64,000 nucleotides of DNA from Balanoglossus misakiensis. Its lineage: Eukaryota; Animalia; Hemichordata. The stretch's first letter is position 1; the number at the start of each line of letters is the position of its first letter. Below are positions 1-13,590 of the stretch, piece after piece. The position numbers and the translations under genes are program-made. The notes beneath the pieces were generated by a model. The model had not been told where the DNA came from. It worked only from the letters and a program-made list of their open reading frames with translations, and made no database searches. Location of the stretch: contig CM082578.2 of NCBI GenBank assembly GCA_040954595.2, forward strand, positions 13,360,304 through 13,424,303, in the 5' to 3' direction.

Positions 1-2937
1 GACAGACGTTGTACCTCAAAGAAACTATTATACTAACAAAATTATTAGACAGTTGCGTGCATTGGTTGCCAGCAGATTTAAAGCTGGCGAAAACAGAGAA
101 GCACACATGCTTTAAATTTCTGCTAATACCGGTACACTTTGTTTACTTCTATTGGTCGAAAGATGATATCGATGAATTGTTGAAGTAAATCTGGAAGGCC
201 ATATACGGAAACACGTGGGCAACTGACGTACAATCCCTGCTAAACGTTAATCCGTGTCATGTCCTGGAAACGGGGATTATGTCATTCAAAAGGATATTAT
301 TCCATGGTAACTGATGGTTTCTAAAAAAAATGTTCGTCAAATACTATTGTATTTCATTTTCTTTCAAGAATCTGAAAATAGAACATTCGCCAAATGTGAT
401 CAAATTGAGACAAGACTCATATATCTAAAAATCTGTCTGACCTTTTAAATGGAGGCCAACAGTAAACCTAAAATAATCCTCATAAGAAAATGAGACACAA
501 TTTGCTGGAAAGGAGAGTTTTACATACACAGCTGATCCCAATTAACACCAATCTAAACTAATTCATTACCTTGTAACAAAAACTACCAAAAAGTTGATCT
601 TAATTTAAATTTAGACTAGCTCTCTGTCACATAAGTAAACATTGCAAGTTTAATCATGATAAAAGGGATTAGTTTATGCAATTGTTTTTTGTTGGGAGCT
701 ACTCATGTTTGCGTGCCCATGTGTGTGTTCGTGTCATCAACCAAATTTGGTGGACATGTTATGTGTTGGAATGGTAAACTCTGTAGCCGCTTTGTCCTAA
801 TTGACCTCAAGTAGGTCCGACCAAATGCCAAGGCCATATCTGTTCTGGGTGTTGAGATATGGGAAAGAAGGTCAAGGGTCACACAAATGTCACCCAGAAT
901 ATTGACAAAACAGTTTGTTCCATGCTGGTCCATGTTCAACGAAAACACACTTCTAGTCATGTGGGCAATTAATGATAGGTGGCAGAGAGAGAGGGGGAGT
1001 AGGACAGAGATAGACAGACATACAGACTGAGAACTTAGAAAAGCAGGATTTATGACAATAAATCAAGTTTAAAATAAATAAAAATGCACTATTTAATGTC
1101 ATTCTGTACTAAAATGTTAGAGAAAACCTTATGATATTATGTCTCTGCCAAACTTCAAATTTATCAAAAAACTTTCATTCATTTCAAACTTCATATTACC
1201 ATTCAGTTTAATATTGTATGTCGTTGACTTGTGTGTGATATCAATGACAAGTATCAATGTAGCTGTGTTGTCTTAAACAAACTAACCAGTGTCCATTTAT
1301 TTATTCATTTATTTCTTTATTTATTTAAAGCAACCGCTTTACTCAAATGAGTTATATTCTTCGGGGCTCACATAACGTCTTCATATTAAAGAAGAGATGA
1401 ACGTATTGTTGAAATGATGAAGAATTTAATAGTGTAAATCAATTACGAGGAAATAACCTGTAAGTTCAGGGAATGACATTTCCTGTCGTTATTCTGTGAT
1501 TTTAATGACATCGTGGGCTGAGGAGAAGTCATCATATACGAATGCGGGTTTCACATGTCAGTGGGGCATTCTGAACCCAGGTCAATTATTGAACCACTGG
1601 TAAAGAACACATGCCGCCTAAGACATTAGTGAAGTAACGTTCTGCCTGAAGCAAACAAATGAATTCAAAGTTATGACTTTTCAACAGTCTCTGCAGCACA
1701 CCGCTTGCCTCCTTTTAAAATCTTACTTAGCAGGTTTCCATTACAGTTCGTGTTTCATCGTCAAGGAGAGATCACAGTGCGCAAACGGTGAACTATCATG
1801 CTTCGAAACAAATAACTCATGTTACTGGAGCAATTTTACTTTGTTGGCGATCAATCAGATTTATGTGCTGGCATTATTTGAATTTTTCAGGTGCAAATGT
1901 GTCCTTGTCAACATCAATGATTTTGCGGTTATAATTAATTGATAGAGTCGTGACGAGTGTACAGAAAAACCACTCCACAACTAATGAGTAAGCCACAACA
2001 TGAAACACAATACCTGTACCGAACTAATGAGTGTAAAACATGTACATATAAAATGCAATTTATATATATTGATTTTCACTTGGAAAATGTGTTTCACAAG
2101 CGGAAGTTAACTTGACTTGAACATAGTACAAGAACTGAAACCACGGCAATGGTAGTCATTCAATTAATGAACACTGCAAGTGCAGCAAAACCCCATGAAA
2201 CAGTACAATCAAAATAACGATATGAAGTACACGGTTTTAGAACTATAAAATCGCGAATAAATGTTGAAATTTTAGCTCTAACATGTTTAATGGTGGGTTC
2301 GAGTATTGAAACGAGGTTAATTGAGCAGGAAACTCATTGAAATACAAATTTCGCCATATGATCGCACTAGGTTCCTTATTAAGCTTGATTTAGAGTAGTG
2401 ATTTACTGTAGTCTTGGCGACGCAGTCTGGGTATTGATATATGGCCGAGGTAATTCTGTTTCGCCAAGACACGGCCAAACGACACAAAGGAAATACTCCT
2501 TCCTGTTTTTTTCTTTTTGCAGCTAATTGAGGTTGGTGCATGCACTTTAATCCGTGCTATTTGCATATTATCAGATGGCATAGATCAGATTGTGATAACA
2601 CCTTTGGTATTTCCGTCATGTGAAAGCTTGTCTTCCATGATGAAGACCTGCTCAGAGCAAGAGTCGTGACCGAAAAGCAAAACATCCATTAAATCCCGTA
2701 TAAGACCTATCATAACAACATTGAAATTCCAGGGAAATGGTCTCCGCAAATTGCGTGTAAGTTTTCATTCAGAGTAATCAATTACAGTTACGGTACCGGT
2801 TGATAACAGTGTCAGTCACGTTCAAAGTTGACACAAACTTTAAAATGTTTTCTTGAAAAGTTTGTAAAATTAACTTACGTATTGTGAATCTCATCGTTTG
2901 CGCAGGAACCTGTAACGAGAAAGGGAAAAGTATAGTA

Positions 2938-3024
2938 GGAGAGAGAAGAGAGGAGGGCCGGGGGAGAGAGAGAGAGGCAGGTAGGCAGACACAGACAGAC
3001 AGAAAGGGACAGAGAGAGAGAGAG
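2938..3024. repeat. Imperfect (GA)n/(GACA)n purine-rich microsatellite
   Basis: Visible gagagaagagagg...gagagagagag...gacacagacagacag...gagagagagagaga run; it accounts for the repetitive core of ORF 2884..3123. Confidence 0.85.
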
Positions 3025-6000
3025 AATACAGGGTTAATAAAAGAATTTTATGTTCATGCATTGGATGTTAGGGTACTTACAAATACTTTTGGAGTGACGA
3101 GCTCAGTTTACGTCAATTTATGACAAATAATGCTCCTGCCACTGATGTTGTAATGATAACGTGAAAATGACACACGTGGCTATATCATAATCTAATTTAC
3201 CTGTGGTGCAAAACGCGGATTAAATGTGTAATTTCCGGTGACAATCTCCTTCATACAACAATGCAGAGCATTGATTAACGATACAATTGCACAGTTGACA
3301 TTTATCTATCTCATTATCAGTATGTCGATCACAGTAGAAAGAGGTTCTCTTCGATCCGCATTTCGTGTGTCATAATTAGCCTCATAATTGTACGCCGTTA
3401 TTATGTCTTGCCAGAATCAAAATCAGTCTCTTTGTTGTCTACGTGATTTTACCAGACTTCGCCAGTGAAACATATGTCTTCAGCCCGAAACTTGCTTCTT
3501 TCAACTTATGCGACGTAAAGACAGATTCAAAATAAACTGTTTTACTTGAGAGTCTATCTCTCATTTATACTTCAACAGGTCACGAACCCCTGATAAAGAC
3601 TACCCATCTAGCCTTTGCTAACGTGTCAACTACTTTTTGCTACATGGAATAGGAGCAATGTTCATTACACACGCAGACTATACGTAATCATCACGAAAAT
3701 CAAATAAGCGTGCGCAAGCGCTGTATGACACGAACACTATTCTTAGCAAATGACGTCGAAGGATGCAAAGATTTTTTTTTTCTATTCAAGCACAACACAA
3801 AGGAATGTCATTTGACGATAACTAAACTATAATAGTTTGAAGTTTATCGCAATGTGCTATCTTCCACAAAGTGATGTACATCAAAAATAAATAAATTGCC
3901 CATGCACACAATCGGGTAGATGTGTGCCAATACTGCAATCAGTGATGAACATCCTGTATCTGATTTTGAATAAAAAACCACATTTCATATATATATAAAA
4001 GAACGGGGCTTTAATATACACATGGCGCGGTTTAACGTGTATTTGAATATTCAGAATGAAAGATTTTAACAAAGCAAATACCAGCTGCCCATCCTTCTGT
4101 CTACCAACCCACATTCCTGAATGTAGTAACCATAGTGACATGATAACATAGACAGATTTTTATCATCTTTTAAATTATCAGATTGCTTTCTGACTAGACA
4201 GTCTATTCAAATCAAATTTAGGAGAACACAAAATAATATGTTTTCGACAGGACTTGTTATATAGGAATGATAAGGAGACAGAGATATAGCAAATTTAACA
4301 TGGAGAAGGTTGGCTTATAAGATTGATTATTATTTTTGGGGCTAGGTTTGGTTAAAAATAAAATTATACCACAAAACTATGTTCAAATCTGTCAACACTT
4401 CAAGAAAGATTGGACGCCTTGAAAATAAAAGCCTTAACCATAATTAAGGACTCTCAGACAAATAGGAAAAATAAATCAAAAATAAATAAATAAATATATA
4501 TATAAATAAATAAATGTATTTATCGTATTCTGCAAATTCATGTTAGCCAGAAAATAACAGAATCAGAGATTTAAAATTATTTTACACATCAGTACTCAAT
4601 TACTCACTGATCTAGTTTAGCCACTACCCGGTTGGCATGGCTACGACACAGAATGTTCGCCTGCACGAACTAGTACTGAAAAGTACCAGTACATGCGCAT
4701 TTGTCTAATACCGTACATCTGGAAATGCCACATTCATGACCCCTACCCTTGAGTGACGTTACATCCTGGTGTTTTGCCAGTATGACATCATATTTCTTTC
4801 GACGTTACATATAACATTCACCCTCTTATAACAGACAAATGTCTTTTTTGGGGGGTTCTTAGATGAGTTCGCACGGTTGAACTCAAAATGGTAAATTGAT
4901 GCCAATAATATGCCAGGATGTAAAGATCACAGGGGTTGCATGAATCTGATGCAGAATCAGTTGATTTTAAACGAACGAGTGTATACCCCGGATGTATATA
5001 CGAATTCTAGACTGAATTTGACTTCGTATAGAAATTTTCTAACAGGCTACAGCAATCGCTCCAAAGCTCTGTCGAAAACGAATCGACATATTTCCTTTCA
5101 TTCATGAATTGCCTGAATTTTGCTAAGCTAGTTCATATAGCAAAAGTCTGATTTGTTACAAATATATAGAATTTCTTATATCATACTTCTAACAGTTGTC
5201 TATTAACTGCGTTTCAATTATTAAAATAGAAACATATTTCACAATATCTCTTGCTGCAAATTGATATGTAAATATAAAAGATATAAGCGACAAGTGATTA
5301 GCCGCAAGTCATAACCGCCATTTTGAAATGTAAAAGGTGCATAGTTACCAATTATTTATGCATTCATTTCTGATTTGGCGACTATTCATATTGCCCGAAG
5401 ATAGTACAATGAAGCGAAACAATACAGCATGTTACACTCTTACCTGTTTGGAAAAACAGAGCCAGAAACAGTAGGAACTGGATGATTGTATGCGGTAACA
5501 TCATTATAACTGGCGTGTATACGTATATTGCTTTGCACAGTCTAAAAACTCCCCACCCAGTGACAATATTATCAGTCAAGAGAGGTCATGAAACTGATGA
5601 TAATGATGGGCTGTAAGGATGGTAGTGCCGGTACGGAACACCTCGTCTCATTTCTAGGTTAATGTTTAATAATTGGTATTTGGCGTATCAGCTGGGGTAC
5701 ACAGTGCACTGTGTCGGGTTGAGGATGACCCGGCTACATAAAGTCATCGAGTAGGGGAGTAGACATCGCGTGCAACAAGAAAAAAATCATCGTACAGCTA
5801 TAGCTAATCGCTTAAAATATTAATGATCCAAAGTTGTCATGTTGAAGCAAGTTACAAAGATTAATTCAAGACAGGGTATTGTGTACAAAAAAAGCCTGTA
5901 GGGTCTTGTCGATCCATCTTAGCTTTATCCAAACCATAGCTTCAAGGCCGACGATGAACTATGTCATATTCTTGTTCTGTTTTCGTGACTACACAAACAT

Positions 6001-6111
6001 TCACCATACTATTAACTTAGCCAACTCTGAAATAGTCAACGATCCCTATTATCTCGCCTATAAGGCTGTCAATTTAAATGGGACGGTGGTGTATGCATGT
6101 CTATATGTTTT

Positions 6112-6141
6112 TCTGTCTGTCTGACTGTCTGTCTGTCTGTC
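6112..6141. repeat. (TGTC)n microsatellite
   Basis: tctgtctgtctgactgtctgtctgtctgtc seen directly. Confidence 0.85.
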
Positions 6142-9100
6142 AACAAACAAACAAGCTACTTACATATATCCCAACCCATATGGGGTAACGTCAATTGATA
6201 TTAGAAGCACAATTCATGTCTATAATTTTTTGTATACCACATTCAGGAAGAAACAAATTGTAAGCGTTTGCGCGATGCCAGCAACATCGCTAATAGAGGC
6301 TCTCAGTGCCCGGCAGAACTGCTGCAGGTTTCTTGAATGTCGTGACGCCATAGCGTCACATGACGCCGCCCTGGGTTGCATCGCCTGGGAAATATTATGT
6401 GATGGATGTCTTCAGACTTTAAATTGTGCATCCACATGACATCTGTATGTCACAGTCATTTCCCTATTTGTTCATCACCGAAAACGGTATTGTCTTGTTT
6501 TAAACATGTTGCAATGATATGAAATGTCTACCAAGCAGTGCAACCTTTGCTTTAACTTAGACATGTATTATCATTCACAACCTCAGAACCTTCCACACTC
6601 AATATAAGAATTGAACTCTAGTCTTATTCAGACACCCACTTCTCTCCCAAAATATACATGCTATGACTTTATCTGGAAGACTCCATTTATAATGGCAATT
6701 TTTCAAATAATTTATTTTTTCCTTTCTAGAAATATCCCATTACTTGGTTTGATTGGTCCATGTAAAGATAATACCCCTAAAGTGAAGTGTGTCATATTTC
6801 TCTAATATAACTAACAGAATGACTTGGTGATTTCAAAATAGCAGGCAAAACACGCATGCCCGCAGTAACACACACAAACACTTACCGGTACACACTTAAA
6901 TTTGTATGACAAACATTGAATGCTGAGAGAAAGTCTCAGATGTCACATGCTGTGTGTAACTCATATCACGACAAAGGGGATTGTCCGTATTTCTTTGTTG
7001 GAGTATATCATGTCTCTGCAAGACGAAATAATTCTTCTTCCTTCTCATCACCCTCTCCCAATAATTTATCATCAGCTTTCTCCACGAGACAAAAGAAACA
7101 TGTGTTCCATTCTTGTACATACATGCACCATATAGGGACAAATCCGGATAAAATTGTTTGTATTTTGGACATGTTCATGCTTTTTTGTAGAAAATGACAT
7201 CGTGTACACAGATAATTTCAATTCATTTCGATTCTTTTGATTGTTGCTGTCACCTTAAGCCACACATAACCACATGTTGAACTTATACTGCTGTACGTCG
7301 CTGTGATGATTTTAATACAGCAAAATATGAAGTGTTCTTGGTAGTACGGGCACACTGCACTGGCGCCGATACAAGTCAATGAAACCACTGCAGACGAGAC
7401 GTGATGGAGCCATACTTTCTGTTTATCACCGAATATTATCCACAAATTCTCACACACTTTTCCTACAAGTTGGCTGGTGATGGTGTGTTCACTGGTGAAG
7501 TTCACCTTCGAACATTCACCTTCTTGAAAAAAGCAATGTTATCTTCAATCCCAATATTTCACCAAACAAATAGCAAATTTACTTTTGAACTTTATGAAGT
7601 GTGAAATATACTCAGTGATCGAAATGACGTTAAGAATCCCAGTTCGACCCGACGATAACCTTTTATACGCCAGGATTTTACGTGTTTTCAATAATAGACT
7701 TGGTGACATTTAAGGAACAGTTGGTATTTTCTTCACGAGATCTTAGTATTTCCTCGTGTAGTTATTAGCCTCGGGGGACATACAGTATTTGTATAGTACC
7801 TCGTTACATTGCTACGTACGTGACATGGTGTTTGGGTTTAATAGTCTGAGTTTTACTTCCACGCTGATTGAAATCTGCACATCGTGCAATGCAGTAGACT
7901 TTGCTTTCTGCTCGCCAACCTCGCATGAAAACAAAATGTTGAAATCGACGTTACGTATTTGGTGAAATACATTCGGGGATGTTTTAATCTTTTTTCCAAA
8001 ATCTCCATCGACTGCAGAATGGTTTGTGAACGCTGTCTAATCGGAGCTGTCGACTTTCTTACGCGTTTCATTTACTTTTCAGTGTCTATTGATCCAAATT
8101 TCTGTTGTTTTTAGGATGTGAAACCGATGCTCTTGTCGAAAACAGCTGCATGTAGCCAAGGGATATGAACCCATTTCAGATCGATAATTGTGTAGTATAT
8201 GAAATGTTTGACTGTGTGACTGACATTCAAAGATTCTATTGACTATGTTACTTTATAAATTAGGTAATGAACTTTAACCCTATTACAAAAACGTTTTCAC
8301 TTCCATTATACATGTAGCCATCGTTTCCCCGGGTTCTTATCGCGTCAATGATTTTCCGTGTATTTCTGTATTAATGTGACAGTTTACTCTAAACAATTTG
8401 ACGACCTGTTGGCTTATGTGGCCCTGTATCGTTTGATTCGAAAAGAAGTGCTTTTATGGTTTGAAAATCAACAATGGCAGATGTCAACAGTAATAACCAA
8501 ATGTTGATAGGCCTGCCTTAATAAGCAATTCATATATGCATGGAAATCTCAAATGCCAGTGGTTTCAAGATACATGTATTTGCCTAAGAAACTGTTTGCT
8601 CTTGCGACATTTGAAGGACTTACCGCATGACTTTTACTGGAAAATGATAACGCATTTTTATGATAATCGGTGAACTCTTATAAATCCCCCACAACTTCGA
8701 ACGTGTGTGAAAGAATGTCTTGTTAACGATTAGGATTTGCTGTTTGGGTAGGCGGAATGAAATTGAGACTAATTGGTATTGATGAACCAGTTGCCTTTCA
8801 AAAGGTTCAGATAAATGTGTTATTTAACCCATAGATTAACTCTATAACACCTAAGGTCAGTGTCACTTTCAGCTGGCTTGACTGTGGTATGATGAAATTC
8901 CCCTTGCCTCTTCTCACTGTTTCGGTCATGCATCAGAGCCCACCCAGGGCTGCCCATGAAACCGGACGAAATCTGATAAATGATGAATTTTCCTGCACAT
9001 GAAAGTCGTCTGTTCTCCAGCTAATTGTTTATCACACTCAAGCACCTACACTATAATGCCACAGGGTCTTGAGACATTAGTCATTCAAATAAGAATAACG

Positions 9101-10973
9101 CTAGTAATGACTCTGGGCATAATGTTACACGAGTCATTTGCGTGACAAATTTAAAATTCTTAAGATTGAAAGGGAAATATTACGTATAGTGGCAGGCAAG
9201 TGACAAGAGCAATTCATCTGTCAGTGGGGTTGAAGCCGAATGTATTTGTTGCCGAAATGGATGGATGAGGTGATGTGGATTTAGACTGCTTGAAAACTTG
9301 TTAATCCCATCATCTGAAATGTGCTGAATCATATAGCTCAGACACACTTTGCGTGATATGTTGAATATTTCAATGAATTGATTACTAATATTCAAAAATA
9401 CACCGTTACATAGCTCTAACCAACACAGCGCACAACCTCTCTGTTGTGTTTAGCAATAAAATTAATATTGTTCTTAAATATTCAATTACAGGAAAGGGTA
9501 ACTTAATAAAACAACAACCTGCGTTTGTCGATATCACGCTTTTCTCGGATCATCAAATTTCATTCTCAAGCTATAAACTTAAAATGGGGGTTAATATCTC
9601 AGCAATAACTATTCGTGGTGACATGAATAAGCATTAAATATAACGCATCTACCGTATAAACTACAATATATTTTTCAAATTTTCAGGCGTATATTGTTAA
9701 CAAAATAACGAATAATAGCCATGCCCATGTTTCATAAGATGAACGACTATACTATAAGTCACCTTGACGCGTTCACTTTTTAAGCGCCAAAACATGTTTT
9801 GCGGATAAACGACCTGCAATCCTCTCGGATTTCTGCGCAGGAATCGTCAAACTAACAAATTTGTCACCTGTAAAATATAAGAGATCAATGTGTGATAACG
9901 AATCAGAGTTTGTGCGAAATGTAACGACCCATCACAATCCATCTGTTGAAAGTCAATTACTGAAGACGCCGAGCTACAAATCCTTTCTTTCTGACGGATT
10001 TTGAAGGTTAAACGCCAACATTGACACGTCAATCATTGCAAGTGTTTGCCAGAATAGAGAATGGAATTGTATGCTTAAGAATGTTGACAAGACTTGCCAT
10101 TCATAGGAAGTGAAATGAAAATTAAATCATGAACGAAACCCTCAAGTTTTGTGCAGTAATTTGAGCCTTTATCTGTTCAACGATTGCATTTTAAATTACG
10201 TGGGCCATTTCATTTGTTTTTAAAGTGAAAAAAAGTGAAGTGCACATTATATTAGTTATGTTTGTTTCATTTCTAAGGAAAATTTAGCAAATCCATCTAT
10301 TTATTATACTTTACAGCATGGTACTAGATAGACTAACAACTTCAAGTTCTGCTTGACTAGGTTAGCTATTCATTTCTGTGACATGTAAATTTCTGTGATA
10401 GACAATGATACTCAACGTAAATCTCAGTAGAGTAATTCCAACTGATTTAATGAAGCTTGTCTATTCTCCCAATCTGTTTCAAGGTAAACCTTGGAAACAA
10501 ATCCATTGATTTGCTGTTGATCATAAATATATTGAAGCCCACATAATCGTTGCTGGGTCTAATAGAATTGCAATGGCAAATGTTGAAGCCAGGGGAACAA
10601 TGATTGATCTGAGCTTACTGAATATAACATTTTCTTTGGGGGAAGGAAGGTGCGGTCATATATGTTTGAAATTTTGCTCTCAGCCTTCAAGGCGGCTGTA
10701 GGAATAATGCCGTAAGGGTCGGGACTTAGCCGTATATTTAACTAATCACTGTGCATTAAACCCGAGTCCCTCATGGTGTTGAATGGAACACATAGTGAGA
10801 GCTAACAAATCTGGACAACTATTGATAAAATTAGGCACAAGGATGTGTTACCGAATACTGCCTATTAAATTGGACAGAATGTGGGAATCTAAGTGTAATG
10901 AAAGTTGGGAATTCAAAGAGAGCGCAATGTAACATTTTCACAAAATCAAGAGATGATTGTGTGATTCACATTG

Positions 10974-11270
10974 ATATCTTTTATACGCCTTTTCCTTTAG
11001 AGGTAGCCCTTTCAAAACATGGCGTCATTCCAAGCAGACGACGCCAAAACGAGGCCAGTAGTTCACAAACTTATACTGCTCGATCTCGTCTGGTTTGTTG
11101 TTTATATGATACAAGTTGTGTGTAAAACTTACCTCACAATAAAATGAGGTTCGGTCCCAACTATAGTGACAATACACTAGACGATAAAGTTTTTACTCTG
11201 TGACCAACTGGCCTTGTTTTTGCGTCATCTTGGATGGGCCCCTCTTTGTGAAAAAGGCGTATGAAAATAT
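10974..11270. mobile_element. Degenerate MITE-like foldback element (~300 bp) with long imperfect terminal inverted repeats
   Basis: Left arm tacgccttttcctttagagg...ccaag...gacgccaaaacgaggccagtagttcaca...tcgtctggtttgttgt matches the reverse complement of the right arm (tacgcctttttcacaaagagg...ccaagatgacgcaaaaacaaggccagttggtcaca...tcgtctagtgtattgt). The core CGCC...GGCG (10986-11259) is flanked by TA on both sides. No credible ORF. Confidence 0.65.
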
Positions 11271-12230
11271 GGAGGCAATTGAAGATGAAAATTCAAATCG
11301 AAGAAAGTATGTAGAGTATATTGGCAGATATGTACATGCATTGTCATGGTAACTGCAACTACATCAAAATACAATTATACTGTCTTCATGGAAAGCAGGG
11401 GCTGGTGATGACATGACAGTGGCGACAGATATGCTGAAAATCTTATACTATCGCATTTAAATGTCAATAATAAGGCTATTTTTTGCTTTGGCTTAGTCTG
11501 TGTTTGCAACCACATATACAAACATCTTTACATCAATAACGTTATGCCTTTGCATCATACAATAGACATGTCACAATTGAATTGTGTGTTGATTCTTGAT
11601 GATTAGGGTACAACAGAATATTGTATTTTAAAGTGCACATTAACATTTGAATACCAGAGTATTAAATATGTATATCTTTACTGCATGGTTCCTCAATAAT
11701 ATTCTCGCAACACAGCTGTTAACATGTTGGCAGTTACTATAACCTTCTTCTCTGTCGGAATATGTTCTGTCTGTCTATGGATGTCATACAAATTCCTGTG
11801 CAGACGATACCAAAAGGGAAGTGATTGATGTCCTATGGCAGGAAATCTTGCATTATTACTTCGATTCTAAATCTAATTACCAGACAATCACTCACCCTAT
11901 TTCCATATGAAACTCGCTCTCATTATTGAATTGATATACGTAACGCTAACGATATCAAAAGGTATTCGCACTTTGAGTAAAAGCCACGAACTGTTCAATA
12001 ATAATCTGGAAAATCTTTGTGGATACGTCTGGGTGCTTTCACCTCCACATAGGTTTATTGAGTTAAATGCTAGTGCATTTAAGTTGATGGTTAAATAACT
12101 AGTAATCGTCTTCCTTCATTTCACCTTGCCCAGTGGCGCCTTACTACCTACTCTAGAGCGTCACTGCAGTATCGGCGTCTGGCAACACAGGTCAGCAATA
12201 TACCGTAGATAGTCGCTCAAACAGTATTGT

Positions 12231-13590
12231 CTTGGTGACAGTTTCCATTTACCACCTAGAGACCTAAATTACCTTGTCCATTCTCTTTCACCCATCTTAA
12301 CGTCTATCACTTCAGCTTTGAAGGATTAGGCAAACATATAAGCCAAATAACACAAGTTTCCACGAAAAACGAAAGACTGTATGACCATATATTATAGTGA
12401 AATAAATTTGTTCGCATTTGACATGTTAATCGATCCGGGGCCTGTCAAAACGGATCTGTGTTAGCATTTTCCAATGGAGCTTCATTTCTGTAATTGTTCA
12501 GCTGTGTGTCGAAATGACATCATAGCTATAGCTAATATCATTAGTTTTCACAATAACTTAACAAATTAACCTCTATATAATTTACACCTATAAAACAAAC
12601 TTAACAAATTAACCTCTATATAATTCACACCTACATGTATAAAACACTCCAAGTGGGTAAATTACATCTAATTGACGCGTATAGGCTAATATTTGATATT
12701 ACATACAACCTAACCTAAATTTGAAGCACAGGGATTGTGTCTCTACACCTCTCCACCTGGACTCTTAATCAAAACCTTAAGTCTTGTCTGAAGAAAACGT
12801 GCTCCATAAAAGTTGAGGAATGGATCTCTAGAGAAAGAGCATGGGAATCAAATCATGCTCAGTCGAGTTCACTCGCCGATGTTGATCCGACTCAGAACCG
12901 TTTAATTGCCTTGGTGACAGTTTCCATTTACCACCTAGAGACCTAAATTACCTTGTCCATTCTCTTTCACCCATCTTAACGTCTATCACTTCAGCTTTGA
13001 AGGATTAGGCAAACATATAAGCCAAATAACACAAGTTTCCACGAAAAACGAAAGACTGTATGACCATATATTATAGTGAAATAAATTTGTTCGCATTTGA
13101 CATGTTAATCGATCCGGGGCCTGTCAAAACGGATCTGTGTTAGCATTTTCCAATGGAGCTTCATTTCTGTAATTGTTCAGCTGTGTGTCGAAATGACATC
13201 ATAGCTATAGCTAATATCATTAGTTTTCACAATAACTTAACAAATTAACCTCTATATAATTTACACCTATAAAACAAACTTAACAAATTAACCTCTATAT
13301 AATTCACACCTACATGTATAAAACACTCCAAGTGGGTAAATTACATCTAATTGACGCGTATAGGCTAATATTTGATATTACATACAACCTAACCTAAATT
13401 TGAAGCACAGGGATTGTGTCTCTACACCTCTCCACCTGGACTCTTAATCAAAACCTTAAGTCTTGTCTGAAGAAAACGTGCTCCATAAAAGTTGAGGAAT
13501 GGATCTCTAGAGAAAGAGCATGGGAATCAAATCATGCTCAGTCGAGTTCACTCGCCGATGTTGATCCGACTCAGAACCGTTTAATTGCCT
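12231..13590. repeat. Direct tandem duplication, 2 x 679 bp, apparently identical
   Basis: cttggtgacagtttccatttaccacctagagacc starts at both 12231 and 12910; both copies end ...cagaaccgtttaattgc. The ORF track shows the same peptide start at 12737 and 13416 (offset 679). Confidence 0.97.
12555..12646. repeat. Two-unit tandem repeat (43 bp + 49 bp) nested in the 679-bp unit; second occurrence at 13234-13325
   Basis: aacttaacaaattaacctctatataatttacacctataaaaca followed by aacttaacaaattaacctctatataattcacacctacatgtataaaaca. Confidence 0.95.

Noticed and set aside
700-960. ORF 703..960 and surrounding sequence (ccaaatttgg, aggtcaagggtcac) that looks like a dispersed repeat
   Set aside because: The peptide has no recognisable motif, and repeat status cannot be shown because I found no second copy or terminal repeat in the window.
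2630-2690. Hammerhead-like words (tgatgaagac...gtc...gaaa); similar partial cores near 8910-8980 (-), 29908 and 36250
   Set aside because: None has CUGANGA, a closed stem II, GAAA and matching stems I and III together.
12837-12860. gagcatg...catgctc hairpin whose minus-strand loop resembles a tRNA T-loop/B-box
   Set aside because: The B-box is degenerate (atttgattcc) and there is no A-box or cloverleaf; insufficient for a tRNA or tRNA-derived SINE call.
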